Assembly: GCA_963697875.1 (NCBI GenBank)
Contig: OY969099.1
Location: 2,915,061-2,979,060 of the forward strand
Origin: an uncultured Actinomycetes bacterium
GTDB taxonomy: Bacteria > Actinomycetota > UBA4738 > HRBIN12
DNA length: 64,000 bases
Direction: 5' to 3'
In this document: positions 57,646 to 64,000 of the stretch, in pieces
Numbering within the stretch: the stretch's first letter is position 1
Layout: the number at the start of each line of letters is the position of its first letter
Position numbers and translations under genes: made by a program
Notes under the pieces: model-generated
What the model was told of the DNA's origin: nothing
Database searches by the model: none
What the model saw: only the letters and a program-made list of their open reading frames with translations

Positions 57646-59331
57646 CTATTTCGCGGAACGTTCGAGCGCGGCGAGCTCGTCGCCGTGACGCTGGGCGAAC
57701 GCGGCCGCCTCGGCACGGCTCCGCAGGTGCAGCTTGGCGAGCAGGTTGCCGACGTGGTGCTCGGCCGTCTTCGTGCTGATGAACAGGCGCGCCGCGATCT
57801 CGGCGTTCGTCAGGCCCTCACCGAGGAGCGCGAGGACCTCCCGCTCGCGCTTCGTGAGCAGCCCGACCGCCTTCGGACCCGTCCGCGCGGACCCCCCGAG
57901 CTCACGGACGAGCGCGGCGGCGCGGTCCGCCGGCGCGCCGGCGCCCGCCCCGTCGAACGCGTCGAACGCGAGCTGCGCCTCGTGGGCGGCGAACGCCGGG
58001 TCCTCGTGGCGGATCGCCACCGCCAGGGCGAGACGCGCCCGCCCGACGTCGAGCGGCATGTGCAGACGGGTGAACGCGTCGACCGCCGACTCGAGCCACC
58101 GCCGAGCTCCCGAGACGTCGGCGGCGGTGCGGCCCGCCGCGACGTAGGCGTAGGCTCGCGCCCGCGGCCAGTCGGATCCGTCGGCGATCGCGCCGAGCCG
58201 CGCGGCGGCGCTCCGCGCGACGTCGGCGTCGCCCCGTTCCAGCTCGATGTCGACGAGCAGGGACAGGAGCGGTACCGCGAGGAGGTTCTCGCCGACCTGG
58301 GCGAGCCGCCGGTGGACGAGCGCCGCCGCAACGGCTGGATCGCCAACCGCCGCATGCACCGCGGCTGCGGCGCGGAGTGCATCGGGCCGGTCTTCGAAGC
58401 CCTCGAGGAGCCGCTGCGCCTCCTCGATCCGTCCCTGGAGCAAGCGGAGCTCCGCGAGTTTGGCGGCCGGGTGCACACAGCGCGCGTGGTGACCACGGCC
58501 CTCGAGTTCGGCGAGCGTGCGCACCAGCCAACCCTCCGCCTCGTCGAGCTGTCCGTTCGCGAGCAGCACCTCGGCACAGCATGTGCCGCAGAACTCCAGC
58601 AGCGGTGGGTGTCCGGTGCGCGTCATGAAGGCCATGACCACCTCGTTCCACCGTTCGAGGCGCGAGACGTCCCCCGCTTCTTCGGCGGCGCGCGTGACGA
58701 GGCAGCAGACGTCGCCGAACACGACCGGATCGGTCACCTCCCCGGCGGTGGCGGCGACCATGGCCTCGTCGAGCGTCGTCATCCCAGCGCCGACGTCGCC
58801 ACGGGCGATCTCGGCCAGACCTCGCAGGGCGAGACCCGTCGCCTCGAGGTCGGGGTCCCGCATGGCCCTCCCGGCCCCGACCGCCACGCCTGCATCGTCG
58901 AATGCCGACGCGGGATCGAGCGCCAGCCGGCCCCGCGTGAGCGCGAGCCAGCCGCGTGCTCGTTCCGAGGGAAGATCACGCACGATGCCGTCGGCCCGCG
59001 CGAGCCAGCCCCGGCTCACGGGCTCGTTGGCGAAGCCCTCCCAATGCTCGCGCGCGAGCCACAGCGCGATGTGGGCGGCGGCCTCGTCGTCGCCGCGCTT
59101 GCGGAGCGCCGTGTAGGCGGTCTCGCGCTCGGTGACGGCTCGGTCGAGATCGCGCAGCCACCACAGGGCGCGAGCCAGGCCGTCGTGGGCCTCGGCACGG
59201 TCGGATTCGGCGATCGCTCGCTCGAACGCGTCGGCCGCGGCCGCCCAGTCGCCTCGCGTCAGCGCCTCGTCGCCCTCGGCGACCGCGTCACGCTCTCCCG
59301 ACACCGGGTTCGCCGGCACCCTGCCCGCCAT
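57646..59331 (-). CDS. LuxR-family transcriptional regulator with a long TPR-like helical N-terminal region
   Basis: The C-terminal helix-turn-helix is LTKREREVLALLGEGLTNAEIAARLFISTKTAEHHVGNLLAKL. I did not see a Walker ATPase motif. Confidence 0.85.
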   Translation of the reverse strand: MAGRVPANPVSGERDAVAEGDEALTRGDWAAAADAFERAIAESDRAEAHDGLARALWWLRDLDRAVTERETAYTALRKRGDDEAAAHIALWLAREHWEGFANEPVSRGWLARADGIVRDLPSERARGWLALTRGRLALDPASAFDDAGVAVGAGRAMRDPDLEATGLALRGLAEIARGDVGAGMTTLDEAMVAATAGEVTDPVVFGDVCCLVTRAAEEAGDVSRLERWNEVVMAFMTRTGHPPLLEFCGTCCAEVLLANGQLDEAEGWLVRTLAELEGRGHHARCVHPAAKLAELRLLQGRIEEAQRLLEGFEDRPDALRAAAAVHAAVGDPAVAAALVHRRLAQVGENLLAVPLLSLLVDIELERGDADVARSAAARLGAIADGSDWPRARAYAYVAAGRTAADVSGARRWLESAVDAFTRLHMPLDVGRARLALAVAIRHEDPAFAAHEAQLAFDAFDGAGAGAPADRAAALVRELGGSARTGPKAVGLLTKREREVLALLGEGLTNAEIAARLFISTKTAEHHVGNLLAKLHLRSRAEAAAFAQRHGDELAALERSAK

Positions 59332-59387
59332 CCGGGGATGATGGCACCGCCACTCGGGCCGCGCCAGAGGGCTTATCGTTCCCGGAT

Positions 59388-60244
59388 TCAGGCGCCGATC
59401 GGGTGCCAGACGGTCTTGAACTCCATCAGCGCGGTGATCTCGGCGAGGTCCTGGGCGTGATCGTCGAAGGGGTCGACCGCCGGTCCGCGATGGACGCGTT
59501 TGACGTTCTCAGCGGAGAGGACCTCGGCGTCCCGAACGAGGTCGTCCGGACAGCCGGTGAGGTCGATCGCGTTCACGTCCATGTGCCCGGCCAGCCAGGG
59601 CACGAGCTCGGCCGTGAGACCCGTGAGCAGGTTCACGACGCCGCCGGGGACGTCGGAGGTCGCGAGCACCTCGGCGAGCGTCACCGCCGGCAAAGGACTC
59701 GTCTCGCTCGCGATCACGACCGCGGTATTCCCCGACACGATCGCCGGCGCCACGCGCGACACGAGCCCGAGCAGCGGCTGGTCCGGCGGGGCGACGATGC
59801 CGACCACCCCGGTCGGCTCGGGGATCGTGAAGTTGAAGTACGGTCCGGCGACCGGGTTCGTGCCACCGGCCACCTGCGCGATCTTGTCGGCCCACCCCGC
59901 GTACCAGACCCAGCGATCGATCGATGCGCTCACGCCGCGTGCCGGGTCGGTCGCTCCGCCCGCCGCGAGCTCTGCCTCGAACTGGGCGCGCCTGCCCTCC
60001 ATCAGCTCGGCGACGCGGTAGAGGACCTGGCCCCGGTTGTAGGGCGTCTTCGCGGACCATCCCTTCTGCGCCGCCCGCGCCGCCTTGACCGCGTCGCGCA
60101 GATCCTTGCGCGAGGCCCGCGCCGCGTGCGCGATCAGCTCGCCGTCGGAGCCGCGGACCTCGAACGTGCGCCCCGACTCGCTCCGCGGGAACTCGCCGCC
60201 GACGAACAGCTTGGCGGTCCGCTTGACGGGAAGCCGTGCCTCGG

Positions 60245-60248
<4 letters not shown>
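59388..60248 (-). CDS. aldehyde-dehydrogenase-like protein lacking the catalytic domain
   Basis: It is 286 aa. It aligns by eye with the ALDH N-terminal / NAD-binding part (LFVGGEF, WADKI, IVAPPDQPLL, PGGVVNLLTG, VNAIDLTG) and then with the C-terminal tail (LMEFKTVW). It has no ELGGK segment and no catalytic Cys. ATG 60248 overlaps the upstream ALDH stop (ATGA). Confidence 0.7.
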
Positions 60249-61741
<1,493 letters not shown>

Positions 61742-61755
61742 CGTCGGCCGGCCTC

Positions 61756-62715
61756 CTAGTCGATCGTGAAGTAGTCGGGGCCCTGGTAGCGGCCGGTTCG
61801 TTCCTTGCCGATCTGCATCAGCACGTCGTTCAGCAGCGACGACGCGCCGATCCGGAAGCGCTCCGGCGTCATCCAGTCCGGCCCGAGCGTCTCGTGGACC
61901 AGCACGAGGTACTGAAGCGCCTGCTTCGATGCGCGGATGCCCCCCGCCACCTTGATCCCCACCGTGCGGCCGGTGTCCCGGTGGAAGTCGCGCGCAGCCT
62001 CCATCATGCACAGGGCGTTGGGAAGCGTGGCGTTCACACCGATCTTCCCGGTGCTGGTCTTGATGAAGTCGGCGCCGGCCGCCATCGCCAGCATCGATGC
62101 CTGGCGGATGCGGTCGTACGAGCCGAGCTCGCCCGCCTCGAGGATCACCTTGAGATGGGCCGCACCTGCCGCGTCCCGCGCATCCAGCAGCTCCTGGAAC
62201 GCTTCGGCGTAGCGACCGCCCAGGAAGAGCGAGCGGTTCAGGACGATATCGATCTCGTGGGCACCCATCGACGCGACGTCGCGGATCTCCTGGAGCCTCG
62301 CGTCGAGGGGTCCGAGCCCCGACGGGAACGCGCCCGCGACGCTCGCCACCTTGACCGACGTGCCCTGCACCTGGGCGAGCGCGGTGGGTACGAGGTGAGG
62401 ATAGACGCACACGGCCGCCACCGAGGGGAGCGAGGGGTCGAGCGGATCGGGGCGCACCGCCTTGGCGCACATCGCCACGATCTTCCCCGCCGTGTCGGCA
62501 CCCTCCAGGGTCGTGAGATCCATGCATCGGATCGCGAGGTCGAGGCCCCAGAGCTTCGCGGTCCTCTTGATCGACCGCTTCGCGAGCGCCGCGGCGCGCT
62601 CCTCCAGCCCGACGGCGTCCACGGATGCGCTGCGGGCCACGATGCGCGCGGCCTCCGACGGCGCCGCGCGCGGCGCCGTCGTGGCGGGCGACCTGATCGC
62701 CGAGGCGTTCGACAT
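61756..62715 (-). CDS. deoC: deoxyribose-phosphate aldolase (long form)
   Basis: Motifs are IRCMDLTTLEG, VAAVCVYP, ADFIKTSTGK (Schiff-base Lys context) and GIKVAGGIR. Confidence 0.85.
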   Translation of the reverse strand: MSNASAIRSPATTAPRAAPSEAARIVARSASVDAVGLEERAAALAKRSIKRTAKLWGLDLAIRCMDLTTLEGADTAGKIVAMCAKAVRPDPLDPSLPSVAAVCVYPHLVPTALAQVQGTSVKVASVAGAFPSGLGPLDARLQEIRDVASMGAHEIDIVLNRSLFLGGRYAEAFQELLDARDAAGAAHLKVILEAGELGSYDRIRQASMLAMAAGADFIKTSTGKIGVNATLPNALCMMEAARDFHRDTGRTVGIKVAGGIRASKQALQYLVLVHETLGPDWMTPERFRIGASSLLNDVLMQIGKERTGRYQGPDYFTID

Positions 62716-62788
62716 GGGGAAGGAATCGTAGCCCACCGCCTCGGCATCGGCCGCGGCGGCCGCGCGCCCAGCCGGTAGCATTCGGTCC

Positions 62789-63139
62789 ATGCCCTGGTAC
62801 CGACTCGTCTTCGTTGCGCTCCTGACCTCGTTGTTCCTGCCCGCCTGCAGCTCGAGCGCCACCCCTCCCGCCTGCACCGACCCCCAGCCCACCACGACGG
62901 TGCAACTGCAGGACTTCTCATTCGGGCCGAACTGCTTCCAGGCGTCGGCGGAAGCCACGCTGACGCTCCCCAACACGGGCGACACCGCCCACACGTTCAC
63001 CGTCAAGGGCACCGGCGTCGACGTGAAGGTGGACAGCGGCGCCACGGGCGAGGCATCGCTGGACGCCATCGCCCCGGGCACCTACACGGTCGTGTGCACG
63101 TTCCATCCGGAGATGGTCGCCACCATGCGCGTGGGCTAG
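62789..63139 (+). CDS. cupredoxin (type-1 copper) lipoprotein
   Basis: The lipobox is LFLPAC. The copper ligand pattern is HTFTV...CTFHPEM (His, Cys, His, Met). Confidence 0.75.
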   Translation: MPWYRLVFVALLTSLFLPACSSSATPPACTDPQPTTTVQLQDFSFGPNCFQASAEATLTLPNTGDTAHTFTVKGTGVDVKVDSGATGEASLDAIAPGTYTVVCTFHPEMVATMRVG

Positions 63140-64000
63140 AACCCGAGTCGCTCGAGGGCTTTCGGGTCGCGCTGCCACTCCTTGACGACCTTCACGCGAA
63201 GGTCCAGGAACACCTTGTGTCCGACGAGCAGCTCCATCTCCTCCCGGGCGCGGGTCCCGATCGTCTTGAGCGTTCGCCCGCCCTTGCCGATCACGATGCC
63301 CTTCTGCGACTCGCGCTCGACGACAAGCGACGCGTGGACCTTCGTCAGGCCCGTGTCGGTCTCGAGCTCCTCGATGACCACGGCGATCGAGTGCGGCACC
63401 TCCTGCCGCGTCACGGCCAGCGCCTTCTCGCGAACGATCTCCGAGAGCCGAACGTCGAGCGGCTGGTCCGTGACGGCGTCGTCCGGGTACAGGGGCGGTC
63501 CCTCGGGGATCCGTTCGAGGATCAGCCTTCGGACGAGACCGATCCCCTTGCCGAGCCGGGCCGATACCGGGACGATCTCGGCGTAGTCACCGAGCTCGCC
63601 GGCCGCGGCCAGCTGGGGGATATCACGGTGCGCGTGCAGGGTGTCGATCTTGTTCACGGCGCAGATCGCCGGCGCCCCCGCCGGGCGCACGCGCTGCTCG
63701 TAGACGAACCGGTCGCCGCGACCCACACCCGCCTGCGCGTCCACCACGTGCACGACGACGTCGACGTCGACGACGGCATCCCCCACGAGGTCGTTCAGCC
63801 GAGAACCCAGGAGCGTCCGCGGCTTGTGGAAGCCGGGCGTGTCGGTGAACACGACCTGTGCGTCTGCGGTGGTCCACACGGCGCGCAGGTCGCGACGCGT
63901 CGTCTGCGGCTTGTCCGACACGATGGCCACCTTCTGGCCGACGAGCGCGTTGACCAGCGTCGACTTCCCGACGTTCGGGCGTCCCACGACGGCAACGATG
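63136..64000 (-). CDS. era: GTPase Era; the 5' end runs off the right window edge
   Basis: G1 is GRPNVGKS, then DTPG and NKID. The C-terminal KH domain contains VVERESQKGIVIGKGG. Confidence 0.9.
   Translation of the reverse strand, partial: IVAVVGRPNVGKSTLVNALVGQKVAIVSDKPQTTRRDLRAVWTTADAQVVFTDTPGFHKPRTLLGSRLNDLVGDAVVDVDVVVHVVDAQAGVGRGDRFVYEQRVRPAGAPAICAVNKIDTLHAHRDIPQLAAAGELGDYAEIVPVSARLGKGIGLVRRLILERIPEGPPLYPDDAVTDQPLDVRLSEIVREKALAVTRQEVPHSIAVVIEELETDTGLTKVHASLVVERESQKGIVIGKGGRTLKTIGTRAREEMELLVGHKVFLDLRVKVVKEWQRDPKALERLGF

Overview
The window is a high-GC, densely coding chromosomal segment that looks like Actinomycetota. This is inferred from protein families, GGAGG ribosome-binding sites and frequent GTG/TTG starts. 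I cannot place the taxon more precisely.

Most of it is housekeeping, largely on the minus strand:
- fumC, xthA and leuS
- ppdK and glyQS
- the dgt-dnaG-sigA block
- uppS-recO and era
- deoC plus an aldehyde dehydrogenase
- tRNA-Met(CAT) and tRNA-Asn(GTT)

Accessory content includes:
- a P1B-5 type P-type ATPase with a C-terminal hemerythrin domain
- two secreted proteins that share an unusual N-terminus
- an ApbE / ferric-reductase-like operon
- a DyP peroxidase / molybdoenzyme / FNR-like / DUF6510 operon
- a ribbon-helix-helix / DUF4097 / DrrAB-like ABC module
- a vapBC toxin-antitoxin pair
- an orphan prepilin
- a SpaA-fold surface protein

I saw no rRNA, CRISPR array or intact mobile element. 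The only mobile-element trace is a possible integrase C-terminal remnant next to tRNA-Met.

The strongest leads are:
- a single 882-aa ORF that fuses a glycine-cleavage T protein to a serine-hydroxymethyltransferase-like domain
- an ApbE operon with no recognisable FMN-binding substrate, but with two tiny translationally coupled secreted or membrane proteins
- an unlisted 50-aa Cys/His-rich ORF that resembles a metallothionein
- an aldehyde dehydrogenase paralog that lacks the catalytic domain

A data-quality signal also runs through the window. Five genes carry single extra bases, including the essential leuS. One FNR-like gene has about six alternating +1/-1 frame changes.

All calls come from reading the sequence and the ORF translations by eye. 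No database search was run.
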